Source of the DNA: a virus
Reading direction: 5' to 3' (one strand)
UHGV virus genome: UHGV-0085052
Length of the DNA: 35,543 nucleotides
Part shown: in pieces, positions 1-10,049 of the stretch
Layout of the letters: every line of letters starts with the position of its first letter
Position numbering within the stretch: the first letter of the stretch is position 1
The notes under the pieces: generated by a model
Seen by the model: the letters and a program-made list of their open reading frames with translations, nothing else
Told to the model about the DNA's origin: nothing
The model's database searches: none
Position numbers and translations under genes: made by a program

Positions 1-105
1 GCAATAAGCAGTGTCGTGAAACCACCTTCGGGGGGGTTTTTTGTATCTTCTTTTTCATTTCCGAAGATGCGTCCGAAGATGATTTTTCTCTGGACGCATC
101 ATCAT

Positions 106-516
106 TCATTTTCTCTGGCCACCAACTACGGGCACTACTTTAACTTTTCGGTCATATGCTGCTGTCTGTCGTGGGTTCTTATGCCCGGAAATTGCTTGCT
201 TCTCTTCCAGGCTGCCTTCCAGATCAGAGATACCTTTTGCTTTCAGATCATGAAATGTGAAGTCTATTTGCAGATGAGGATATTTTTCCTGTGCTGCCGC
301 TTTGACATCACGCCAACGAGAGTTAAAACCATCACGGGTGTACTTGCCTCCGGTAGTTTGATGAATCACAAACAGGCTACTGATTCCCGGTTTTAATGGC
401 AGAGAACGAGCCAGAGCTATCGCTTTCTGCAGACGAGGCGACCAGGCTTTGATTTGCTTAACGCCGGTTTCACCACAACCGGGAGCGCACTCCGCCATTT
501 CAAAATTTAACGACAA
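106..516 (-). pseudogene. Tyrosine integrase, C-terminal fragment only (N-terminal ~2/3 absent)
   Basis: 136-aa ORF resembling the C-terminal catalytic region of lambda-family integrases (FTFHDLKAKGIS...GHKNPRQTAAYDR). The track start is a TTG and an in-frame stop lies directly upstream, so no full-length int is encoded here. Confidence 0.55.
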
Positions 517-573
517 AGCTCAAAGTTGAGTCGATGAAGTGCGCTCTCGTGTTGTAGCCAGGACTCTTCCCTG

Positions 574-1011
574 GTGGTCACACCGTATCGCCTTGATGGT
601 GAATCAATCGCTCATACCTGGCTGTGGCTTGCACATTCCGGCTACGTACCAGGAATTTTTCAGAGAGCGTCTGAACTACTGGAGAGGGGTGATGGAGCAA
701 TGAAATACAAACGGTGGGTGCGTGCGGAAGTCGTAATCATCAAACAATGTGCAGGCAGCATGACAGTTGAACGTATAGGGCAGCTTATTGGCAGAACCGG
801 TGCAGCGGTACGCACAAAAGCGCGCGAGCTGAAAATCTGTATGTATCTGCGGGGTAATTATCACCAGTCAGCAAAATACTGCCAGGAGGATATCGAGCTG
901 GCAAGGGAATTACATCAGTCGGGTATTAATCGCCAGGATATCGCAGAAAAACTCGAAATGCCGATCGGAGCGGTGAATCAGTTTGTTTATTTTGAGCGGA
1001 GGATTTCATGA
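574..1011 (+). CDS. Hypothetical protein with two helix-turn-helix-like segments (possible DNA-binding regulator); real start may be the internal Met (MKYKRW...)
   Basis: ORF in the track; two segments (TVERIGQLIGRTGAAVRTKAREL and INRQDIAEKLEMPIGAVNQF) look HTH-like; no confident family match from memory. Confidence 0.3.
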   Translation: MVTPYRLDGESIAHTWLWLAHSGYVPGIFQRASELLERGDGAMKYKRWVRAEVVIIKQCAGSMTVERIGQLIGRTGAAVRTKARELKICMYLRGNYHQSAKYCQEDIELARELHQSGINRQDIAEKLEMPIGAVNQFVYFERRIS

Positions 1012-1232
1012 AAGAACTTTTTCTGGCATTTGTGCCCCGGTTTATTAATGACCAGATCGCACTGACTGATAATGGTGAACAATATGAAATTGCCTGCAGC
1101 ATGGTGGATGTGAATCCGGGCGAACGGTATGACGCGATGTGTGACCTGAAAATATTCACCTGGCTGGGTTGGGCCATTCCGTGTGGAGAACCAACAAATA
1201 TTCGCCCGTTTGAGAGCAGGGAGGCTGTATGA
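1008..1232 (+). CDS. Hypothetical small protein (74 aa), apparently translationally coupled to the upstream ORF
   Basis: Start overlaps the stop of the preceding ORF (ATGA); no recognisable domain. Confidence 0.3.
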   Translation: MKELFLAFVPRFINDQIALTDNGEQYEIACSMVDVNPGERYDAMCDLKIFTWLGWAIPCGEPTNIRPFESREAV

Positions 1233-1395
1233 GTGAATTGAAAATACGAATGAACCCAAGTCGCAAGGCGATCAAATTTGCGCACTGTGTCTTGCAGATG
1301 GCTGAAGGTGAATGTTATATAAAAGAGTGTCATGGATAACAAGGCACTCACTATCAATGATTATCTGTTAAAAAAGCAATCGACAAGGAGTTGAA

Positions 1396-1653
1396 ATGCA
1401 GACTCAATTAAAGGTTAAAGGCGGTTATAGTCATTTTTTCTTCGCCAATATTGAAGTCTCACAAAGAGAGTCAAATGGCGGTTTGGTTGTCGTTAGGGAT
1501 GTTAATATACCTATTACAACAACAACTCTCTCTCTGTTAGAGAATTACGCTGTAGGGCAGGTGTTGACGTTAGAACAAAAGAATGGCGATTTTTTTGATG
1601 TGTATTACGTTGGAACTGATGGGAATAACTTTCAGTTTTCAACGCACTGCTAA
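1396..1653 (+). CDS. Hypothetical protein (85 aa); its 3' region is duplicated at ~9850-9910
   Basis: ORF preceded by GGAG-like RBS (aaggagttgaaATG); followed by a strong hairpin; no family recognised. Confidence 0.35.
   Translation: MQTQLKVKGGYSHFFFANIEVSQRESNGGLVVVRDVNIPITTTTLSLLENYAVGQVLTLEQKNGDFFDVYYVGTDGNNFQFSTHC
1540..1600 (+). repeat. Direct repeat copy A (~60 bp, contains 26-bp exact core AGGTGTTGACGTTAGAACAAAAGAAT)
   Basis: Same core found again at ~9870-9895 with flanking near-identity (TTAGAGAATTA...GGG.AGGTGTTGACG...ATTTTTGA). Confidence 0.7.
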
Positions 1654-1658
1654 TTTAT

Positions 1659-1686
1659 CAAGGCCCTGTGAGCAGGGCCTTCGAAA
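1659..1686. terminator. GC-rich hairpin (AAGGCCCTG-TGAG-CAGGGCCTT), probable bidirectional terminator between convergent genes
   Basis: Perfect 9-bp stem seen directly, sitting between the 3' ends of ORF 1396-1653 (+) and ORF 1866-2789 (-). Confidence 0.45.
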
Positions 1687-1865
1687 GCCTACTAAAGTCT
1701 GTTTCATAGAGAGAGTTATTTGCGATTAAAAAGGTATTTGGTCACAACCAGCACGATAGAGAATACATCTTTCAAAGTACCGCCCATATAAAACAGTTAC
1801 ATATGCACTTGATGACTAAGCTGGCACCAGGTTAACACCAGGCGCCAGCTTGAAGGAGACTTCAG

Positions 1866-2789
1866 TTATTGGTTTCTGAGGAAAGCGATTCTTGAAAGGG
1901 TCATTTGCGTCTGGCAGTCGACCATTTTCTTGACTTCAGCATCTGTTCCCTGCATTGAAACTTTACCGCACATAGCATCCTTAGTTTTGATCCACTGGCG
2001 CTGAGAAGGCAGCAACTCTTTTTTCTTCGCCGGGGTTAACTTGCTCCAGACGGTATTCAAATCAGAGTCAGCATTTGCAAATGCCATTCGGGACTGATCA
2101 AGGCTTTCAGATTTTTGCGGCTGAAGTTGTGCCTGCCTCTCTTTTTGCTTCTCCGCCTCATACCTGGCCTGTTCCTGTGCCCTGAGTTGCACCTGTTGTT
2201 CCGCTTCAATTTGACTCTGTTGGGCATCCTTAGCCTGCTGGATTTTCTGCTGCTCAACGATCGGGTTGATAATGGAAAGCGATGTCAGTAAAGCGGCGCC
2301 CACTGATATCGGATTATCAGAAGAGGTTTTTACAAAAACGTTTTTCTGATCGTCGGTCGCCTGCACGGTGTAGGTGATACGTTTTGAAAAGGCGTTTGCG
2401 TTGTTCTCCAAAAACAGATTTTCCATTTGCTTATCGAGATTACGATTAAAATTCTTTCTGTAAGCATCAGAAAGCTGGATGTACTCGTTCGCAGGTAGAG
2501 TCATCGTCACGGTCCCTTCACAAGTTTTCATTGTGCTGCCCGTGTCACTTGATGTTGTGGAGATTTCAGAGATGGCTAGTTTGATCTTGTCCAATGTGCT
2601 TCGTTTGGTCTGATTAGTGACATCAGGGTATTTATCGACCTGTTCAGAGAGTCCTTCATAAGCAGATTTTTTTAATAAATCCATAAGTGCTGACTGGGTT
2701 ATTTCCGAAGAACAGCCGATCACATCTTTTTTGTTATCACAGCCTGTAAGGGCAATGGCGAGTAAGAGTACTGAGTATTTTAATCTCAT
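1866..2789 (-). CDS. Lipoprotein with C-terminal DUF1311/LprI-like domain
   Basis: N-terminal signal peptide with lipobox (LLAIALTGC); Gln/Glu-rich coiled-coil-like middle; C-terminal ADSDLN...W...QRQWIKTKDAMC...VDCQTQMTLSRI pattern resembling DUF1311. Confidence 0.55.
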   Translation of the reverse strand: MRLKYSVLLLAIALTGCDNKKDVIGCSSEITQSALMDLLKKSAYEGLSEQVDKYPDVTNQTKRSTLDKIKLAISEISTTSSDTGSTMKTCEGTVTMTLPANEYIQLSDAYRKNFNRNLDKQMENLFLENNANAFSKRITYTVQATDDQKNVFVKTSSDNPISVGAALLTSLSIINPIVEQQKIQQAKDAQQSQIEAEQQVQLRAQEQARYEAEKQKERQAQLQPQKSESLDQSRMAFANADSDLNTVWSKLTPAKKKELLPSQRQWIKTKDAMCGKVSMQGTDAEVKKMVDCQTQMTLSRIAFLRNQ

Positions 2790-3242
2790 GAATTCCCTTT
2801 AGAGTAAGGATTGGTTTTTAAGACGCGGTCTGTAATCAGTTCCGAGAGCTACAGTAAACAACGCTGAGCACTGAACGCATCACAGGCAAGGTAAAAGGTG
2901 ATATCGGCAAAGGCTGTGAAACCTTTAATTCAACAGATGGGAACGGTATGCACAGGATCCTGTAACGACGCTCCCAAAACCGGAAACCTGCAGGGCATGT
3001 TTTCGCTGCTGAACTTAATATACGAACCTGCACTATCATGAACATATTTTATATCGTTATACCCCGAGTGATTGTGCCCGGCAATGGATAGTGTCCTGGA
3101 GGAACTATTTCTACTGTAAAAGGTAGACATTTAATTTCAGTGTGGAATTATTCCCTGCTGTTAATAACCATGGCTGTATATGGCACCGAGTAGGCATTGA
3201 TTTTTTTTAAATTCAATTGCGTTATTAAAATTACTTCATTTT

Positions 3243-3803
3243 TTATTTTAAAGTACAGCCTGCCCGAAATGCACTGCTAATTTCAACATATTCCGCTCTG
3301 GCCGTACCTCTAAGTTTCTGAGACTCACGTTCAAAACTCGCCAAATCTTCCTTACATTTTGCCGAAGTAGACTGGAATCCTTTCCCGCACATCTGAAATG
3401 TGACTGTCGGATCCGCAAATCGGGTACGCTGGGCGTAAGCCTGGCAAACAGCGGATGCCCTCGCTTGTTTTTGTCGTGGGCTTAACGGGCGTGCTGGTGT
3501 AGCCTGTTCTGCCCTCTCCATTTTCAGGCGGTAGCAGCTTAAATTACGAGAGGCGATCACCTTTTTAATAGCCTGGGCGCGGCGATAATTTTCATTAAAT
3601 TCAGGATGAGATGATGGATTAAGGTTGAGCAATGGCTCTATATTATCTTCTGCTTGGCAAAGCTGTGAATCGGTGTACTGCGCAAGTTTTGCCGCCTCGA
3701 TTGCAGCCGGATCTGGTTGTGAATTTTTTGGGGTATGGCTTACACATCCGGACAGCGTAAATCCAGCGGTCAGTGCTAAGATGATTTTTGATATTCCGTT
3801 CAT
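3243..3803 (-). CDS. Cysteine-rich lipoprotein, unknown function
   Basis: Signal peptide plus lipobox (LTAGFTLSGC); 8 Cys; no family recognised. Confidence 0.45.
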   Translation of the reverse strand: MNGISKIILALTAGFTLSGCVSHTPKNSQPDPAAIEAAKLAQYTDSQLCQAEDNIEPLLNLNPSSHPEFNENYRRAQAIKKVIASRNLSCYRLKMERAEQATPARPLSPRQKQARASAVCQAYAQRTRFADPTVTFQMCGKGFQSTSAKCKEDLASFERESQKLRGTARAEYVEISSAFRAGCTLK

Positions 3804-3934
3804 TTTCTATTCCTGTTTCGATGTTTTGGTGGTGCACTTTCCCCACTCGGATAAGATTATGCATTCGGATTCGAGTGATGAGGCAACGCCATATAGGCGA
3901 TGGCAGCCAGCACGATGGTGATTAAAATATTTAA

Positions 3935-5170
3935 TCAGAATTTCCGTTCTTTCCAGCGTTTAACCAACGCGGCCATGTTCAGCGGCCATAATTTAGGCTC
4001 AATCACTTTGCCTTCAAACATCGCGCCGAGCTCAATACCTGGGGCAAAATGTACGGTCATTGTTTCAGGGTTGACGGCCATCAGCTCTGCGTCTAGTAAG
4101 TCGTGTATCGTTGGAGTCAACAACAGGCCATTATCAGCGCTAAAATTGCCTGAGGTAGCTGGCTCAATGTGCGCCGCTTGCAATCGTTCGCCGTTCTGCC
4201 AGCCAGTCACCGCGCAACGGCCAGCAAAATTATTCCATACCCATTCAACAAACTGCATATGCGCCGTCGCGTCGCGCTGCTCAACGATGCGCTGCGCGGT
4301 TCGGGTACTGTGGAGTTTGGCAGGTTGGCCAAGTGCGGGCGCGGGTTTCTCTTCCTCCACGACGACCACTACTTCCTGCGACATGATGATTGGATCATCG
4401 GCTACCAGTTCCGGAACAACGTCGGCCAGCTTCTCGGCTTCTCGGATGATTTGCTTTTCTTCCTGCTCATCCAGGTACCGCTGCACCAGTTCAATGGTCG
4501 TGGTGGCTTCATGCTGGTGTTTGTGGATATAAAGCTCAACATCACGACGCTGGCTGGCTGGAATGTGTTTTGCCAGAAAATCCTGTAGGACGCGATTATC
4601 CAGCTTTGTCGTAACTTTTGATGTCATGCTCACAGAATCATACCGTTTCGGTGTTTCCATCTGCGTTGATTGCAGGCCTGGTAATTCGGTGTTGATTTGA
4701 GCGGAAACCTTGCGCGGGATGATTGTCGGCGTAAATGCTGGCGTGCTGGCCTGGGACGTGCCACGGCGACGGGCATTCTCCCAAAGGGCTTCTGTTTCAG
4801 GGTTTTTGCGTGCGCCTGGCTTTTGCATAGGCATAGTGCGAATCAGCGCTTCCCAGCCCATATTGACCTTCTGTTTGGCCTCGCGGCGTTTATCGGCCAG
4901 CGTAGGTTTTGATGGTCGTTTTTTGGAGAGCGCTTTCTCTGGTTTTAATTTGATGCCGCGCGATAAACCATTTATCAGTGTTGGATGCACTGATAAGGCT
5001 TTGGCCAATTGCAAACCGTTTAAATTGCTGCCATCTGTATAAGCGTACATAAACAAATCCGCCCAGCCATCATGTTGAGGGGTCATACCCACGCTGGTTA
5101 AGGCTGCGCGAATCTCTTTTTTGCGAGCTTTGTCCAAGTTAAATTTTGGGGTTTTATTTCGCTTAGTCAT
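3935..5170 (-). CDS. HNH-type endonuclease domain protein (unknown N-terminal domain, basic low-complexity linker, C-terminal HNH)
   Basis: C-terminal motif CAVTGW...LQAAHIEP...NGLLLTPTIHDLLD matches the HNH nuclease pattern (Cys/His ligands plus conserved Asn). Confidence 0.55.
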   Translation of the reverse strand: MTKRNKTPKFNLDKARKKEIRAALTSVGMTPQHDGWADLFMYAYTDGSNLNGLQLAKALSVHPTLINGLSRGIKLKPEKALSKKRPSKPTLADKRREAKQKVNMGWEALIRTMPMQKPGARKNPETEALWENARRRGTSQASTPAFTPTIIPRKVSAQINTELPGLQSTQMETPKRYDSVSMTSKVTTKLDNRVLQDFLAKHIPASQRRDVELYIHKHQHEATTTIELVQRYLDEQEEKQIIREAEKLADVVPELVADDPIIMSQEVVVVVEEEKPAPALGQPAKLHSTRTAQRIVEQRDATAHMQFVEWVWNNFAGRCAVTGWQNGERLQAAHIEPATSGNFSADNGLLLTPTIHDLLDAELMAVNPETMTVHFAPGIELGAMFEGKVIEPKLWPLNMAALVKRWKERKF

Positions 5171-5250
5171 TTCAGTTCAGCACACTAATAATGGTAACCA
5201 TGACCGCAGCAAACACGATCCCCGAAATATTCATTACTGCCATATATTGG

Positions 5251-6108
<858 letters not shown>

Positions 6109-6298
6109 TCAATTGACAACTTATAGTTCCCACTAGTTAGCATTAAGATTTTTACAGAGAGGAATAATCAATGTCCGCTCTTGGCACAGAGTGGACGAAC
6201 AACTGAAGGTCCGCTGTGAGCGAAGTGCGGACTGTCTTTACCAGTCTTCCTGGCAGATGGCTTTGGACGCAGAAACGATTTCTAAACGCACGAACCCA

Positions 6299-7417
6299 TC
6301 ATTTTTTTGTAATACCAAATTTAATCAATGTTTTTTGTAAATCTTTAATTGATATCTCACCTGAATTACCGGTTTTGAAACTGGATTCAACTTCCTTACA
6401 TCGAATTATTTTCATAGTTCCAGAACTGGTAAGCTCAGTGTCAAATAAATAAAATGGGGCGCAAGGGCTATGTCTTCTATTATCGCGAAGAAGAAATTCG
6501 ATTGGTTCCTTTTTATGTTCATCGAAGCCTGGTCCAAAAATAACACCAGCTATCAATGGTGGGGCATGGTGATGTATACGTCCTGAATTATCATTAGACA
6601 ATGCAAAATTAAGCCTGCCAAAACTTTGCGTCAAATACCTTTTGGTGAGAAAAATTCTTTTTTCATCCTCATATTGCCAGAAGGTATTTTTCACTAAAAG
6701 AGTTTCTCTGATTGCAATATCATCCGTCAAAGCACTTTGAAGAACCGGTATATGTTTTTCATGGTTTCTATATTCAACGCTATCAATAGGGTAGTTAATA
6801 TATTCTTCTGAATAAATATTTCTCTTCAAAGGGATAATATTGTTTTGTGCATGGTAGATAATAACACAACCCTTGAAACCAGCTGCGTAATGTGCCCACA
6901 TCATTGGTTCTAAAGCATTGCTCGAAAATGAAACGCTAAAGACACCTACTCGCAATCCTTTGAGAACCCTCTCTCTAATGCCGCTGGAGCAAATAGATTC
7001 CAGTCGAGATATTGACTTATCTGAATCCTCGAGCACACCAAAATCAATTAAATCGACCTGTTTAATGTGTTGATTTAAAGCAGCCTTTACTTCAGAGTCG
7101 TATTTTGTGAAAACACTTTGAAGCCCTTCTATGGAGCCATCAATAGGAGAGCCTAAAAATATGCGACACAGTTGCTTTGCAAGCCTACCATCGCCCAAAT
7201 CCAGAAAGTCTTTTAAGTTTTTGACACCTAAAATCACCTCGCTTTCTAGAAGACTTTGCCAGAGATCAGGTCTATCCTCAAAGAAATAAGAAGTTTTCAA
7301 GTCATTAGGGTCATTTAGTTGCTCTGTAGACGAAAAATATAATTCGTTGTATCTGATGGCTTTTTCAAAGAAAAAATCCGGCCTGTAATATTTAAATAGA
7401 TACACACAACACCTCAA
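6299..7417 (-). CDS. DUF2971-like protein (372 aa), AT-rich gene
   Basis: N-terminal YLFKYYRPDFFFEKAIRYNELYFSSTEQLNDPND resembles the DUF2971 signature (kYr...LyfSsp..fNDP); codon usage is markedly AT-rich versus neighbours. Confidence 0.45.
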   Translation of the reverse strand: MRCCVYLFKYYRPDFFFEKAIRYNELYFSSTEQLNDPNDLKTSYFFEDRPDLWQSLLESEVILGVKNLKDFLDLGDGRLAKQLCRIFLGSPIDGSIEGLQSVFTKYDSEVKAALNQHIKQVDLIDFGVLEDSDKSISRLESICSSGIRERVLKGLRVGVFSVSFSSNALEPMMWAHYAAGFKGCVIIYHAQNNIIPLKRNIYSEEYINYPIDSVEYRNHEKHIPVLQSALTDDIAIRETLLVKNTFWQYEDEKRIFLTKRYLTQSFGRLNFALSNDNSGRIHHHAPPLIAGVIFGPGFDEHKKEPIEFLLRDNRRHSPCAPFYLFDTELTSSGTMKIIRCKEVESSFKTGNSGEISIKDLQKTLIKFGITKK

Positions 7418-7745
7418 AAAATATGGAAACCCCGATACAATTATTTATCACTTACAAACTACGATTATCAAATAAATACATCCAACGTAGTTCCAGTGTC
7501 ATTCGCAGAGATATCCTTATCTTTTATGATTAGAATGTAAAGCTTTGTGTGATGGTACAACTATGCATCCACAGTCTGCTCTTGCACAAAGCAGCCAGAA
7601 AAGGATTGGCAAATCCACCTGGAGCGAGAAGCGGACTTTCTTCTTGGTTCTGATGGCTCAGAAGTGGCAAGATTATTTGTGGCAATTCAAAACACATTTT
7701 TGACGAACTACGAATGAATGTTGCATCGGTTAAAGGTGATAAATA

Positions 7746-9599
7746 ATGAAGAACGAACGTTACCCGTTGGACTTGGCTATTTCGGTTCAGGACTTCAATA
7801 CGTCAGACTGGAAGGATTCAATTGCCCAAGCTACCCGCGAAGGATATTCGGCGATGTGGCAAGCGCTGTCGGATGCTGCGCGTGATGCCATTGAGCAAGG
7901 ACGAATTGAACACGGCAAGGTATTATGGTTGCTTGCAGATGCCTGTTCGATGATGCTTTCGCCGTCGAGTCCTAATGAACCCTTTAAGCCTTTTGCTGTC
8001 TTTCATGACCGCAGGTCAGTCGTCCCTGATGACATTTCTGATTCAGATATTCTGTTCTTTGCAGAGATCGTTGATGGGGTAGACAACGATTGGCTGAAGG
8101 CGCGACTCAGTGATTTGGTCTGGTTGAAGAGTAAGCCTCGTAACATCGAATTCGCTTTGAAGGCTATCGACGCTTACCGCAGCCTTCCACTAGACACTGA
8201 TACATGGATACATGGAGGGCGGGATTGTTGGTCTCGCGCCATAAGCTTGGCTCGAATGCTAAAAGGTGGTGCTGGAGATAGACTCCAGCAAATTGAGACG
8301 ACAATCGTTGCCGCGTTTCATGCGTCAATTCGAGACGACGGTTTTCTTGGGCTTTGGTTGGCCGACCTTCTAAAATCGAACCGCTTGGGGGGGGCACATC
8401 GAACGGATGTGTCAACGAAGCTAGAAGCGTTGGCCCGCGGGTTTGATGATGAAGGGGATTTGCATAAGGCGCGGGAGTATTTTTCTGCTGCTGCCGAGTG
8501 GTATAAGCTTATTCCTGACGAGGCCAAAGCTGCAGAAATGACAGTATTGGTAGCTGAAGGGTGGGTCAAAGAAGCCGTTGCGCGAGTTGCATCGGAAAGT
8601 CCTAGCCACATGGTGGCAGCGAGCTTTTACGAAAATGCCATTCAGATATACAGAACGATTCCTCGGGCCGAACGCTCTACACATCAGGTCGATGAGCGAA
8701 TTGCCGAGTTGCGAGTCCACCTAAACAATTCGGGAGAGAGAGCTATAGGAGAGATGGGGCTCATTCAAACTCCTGGAGTAGATCTCACTCAGGTTATCGA
8801 AAAGGCGAGGGAATCCGTCACCGGGAAATCTGCACAAAATGCGTTGCTCGCATTTGCGAACCTACATCGTGGCGTGAATGCAGAAGAACTGCGCAACAGT
8901 GCATTGGAAAGAATGCGTCAGCATCCCTTGCAATCACTGTTTGCCGTAACCGTGATGAGTCGCGATGGCAGGGTCATTGCCAAGCGCCCTGCGATGGGAC
9001 TCGGTGGAGAATTGACAGAGGACGACGAAATTGCAATTCGCGCCGAGATGATTCGTGACTATGGAATCTTAGTTAGTATTGTGGTTCAAGCCCACATCTG
9101 GCCAGCCCTTGAAGTACTTTTGCTTGAGCATCGTTTGCGCGAGAGCGATTTTATCGAGTTAGCTCGCCATTCACCCATTGTGCCAAAAGAGCGAGTTGGC
9201 CTTTTCGGCAAGGGACTTTTTGCAGGTTACGAACGTGATTTCGTTACCGCGCTTCATTTACTGATCCCTCAGATTGAGCACTTGGTGCGCGTGCATCTTA
9301 AGCAAGCAGGAACCAAAACCACTAACCTCGACAAGGATGGAATTGAGAACGAGAATGGTATGAGCACGTTGGTGGGTTTGCCAGAGGCCGAGCAAGTATT
9401 TGGTAAAGATCTCGTCTTTGAGTTCGAATCGTTGTTCTGTAACGCCTTTGGTCCAAATTTGCGGAACGAATTGGCTCATGGACTATTGGATGAGGATGGG
9501 TGCAATTCCCCTTTCGCTATTTATGCGTGGTGGCTAGCTTTAAGACTAACATTCAATACATGGTGGAACTCAGCAAATCCTATTTCTGAGCCTCAATAA
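7746..9599 (+). CDS. Large protein (617 aa) with C-terminal HEPN-like Rx4HG motif; candidate RNase/abortive-infection-type effector
   Basis: Mostly alpha-helical-looking sequence; C-terminal FGPNLRNELAHGLLDE contains an R-x4-H-G arrangement typical of HEPN active sites; contains a G8 homopolymer near 8387-8394. Confidence 0.4.
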   Translation: MKNERYPLDLAISVQDFNTSDWKDSIAQATREGYSAMWQALSDAARDAIEQGRIEHGKVLWLLADACSMMLSPSSPNEPFKPFAVFHDRRSVVPDDISDSDILFFAEIVDGVDNDWLKARLSDLVWLKSKPRNIEFALKAIDAYRSLPLDTDTWIHGGRDCWSRAISLARMLKGGAGDRLQQIETTIVAAFHASIRDDGFLGLWLADLLKSNRLGGAHRTDVSTKLEALARGFDDEGDLHKAREYFSAAAEWYKLIPDEAKAAEMTVLVAEGWVKEAVARVASESPSHMVAASFYENAIQIYRTIPRAERSTHQVDERIAELRVHLNNSGERAIGEMGLIQTPGVDLTQVIEKARESVTGKSAQNALLAFANLHRGVNAEELRNSALERMRQHPLQSLFAVTVMSRDGRVIAKRPAMGLGGELTEDDEIAIRAEMIRDYGILVSIVVQAHIWPALEVLLLEHRLRESDFIELARHSPIVPKERVGLFGKGLFAGYERDFVTALHLLIPQIEHLVRVHLKQAGTKTTNLDKDGIENENGMSTLVGLPEAEQVFGKDLVFEFESLFCNAFGPNLRNELAHGLLDEDGCNSPFAIYAWWLALRLTFNTWWNSANPISEPQ

Positions 9600-9847
9600 G
9601 GTAGCGACGAGCAAGCAGTGGCCTAGTAACCCCTCTGAAAAAGCGGCGTGTGCATAAGTAGAATTCTTTATTAACCTAAATGTAGGGGGGAGCTGTGTAT
9701 ACACTGCTCACCCCATTCAATCACACACCGCGATGTTTGTAGTGCCTGCTTCTGGCACAAAGTGGACTGTCAGATTAAATTCGGCTCCTCGCCATAGATG
9801 TGTCAGCTCATATCTTATCTAATACACACAATAATTCTCTCATTCTT

Positions 9848-9910
9848 AGAGAATTATTTTTTTAAGGGTAGGTGTTGACGTTAGAACAAAAGAATAGATA
9901 TTTTTGAAGC
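9848..9910 (+). repeat. Direct repeat copy B (partner of 1540-1600); looks like a remnant of the 3' end of a paralogue of ORF 1396-1653
   Basis: 26-bp exact identity with copy A plus flanking near-identity; not in an ORF here. Confidence 0.7.
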
Positions 9911-9989
9911 ATACAATATGACCTATAACCATAGGATGCATAAAAAAGCTTACGGTGTGGCCTTATAACTTAGCGCAAATAATTTACTA

Positions 9990-10017
9990 ACCCGCTTCGG
10001 CGGGTTTTCTTTTTTAT
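9990..10017 (+). terminator. Intrinsic terminator (CCCGC-TTCG-GCGGG followed by a T-run)
   Basis: Perfect GC stem with tetraloop and TTTTCTTTTTT tail, seen directly. Confidence 0.6.
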
Positions 10018-10049
10018 AGACTTCACGATGTGAAAACGAATAATAAATT

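Noticed and set aside
926-1357. Minus-strand ORFs (143 and 90 aa) that might have been the missing integrase N-terminus
   Set aside because: Translations show no resemblance to integrase N-terminal or core-binding domains and they overlap + strand ORFs; the integrase appears genuinely truncated.
3900-5042. Plus-strand ORFs (210, 139, 110 and 71 aa) overlapping the HNH-domain gene
   Set aside because: Antisense to a gene with a clear catalytic motif; Ser/Thr/Cys-rich low-complexity translations; no independent support.
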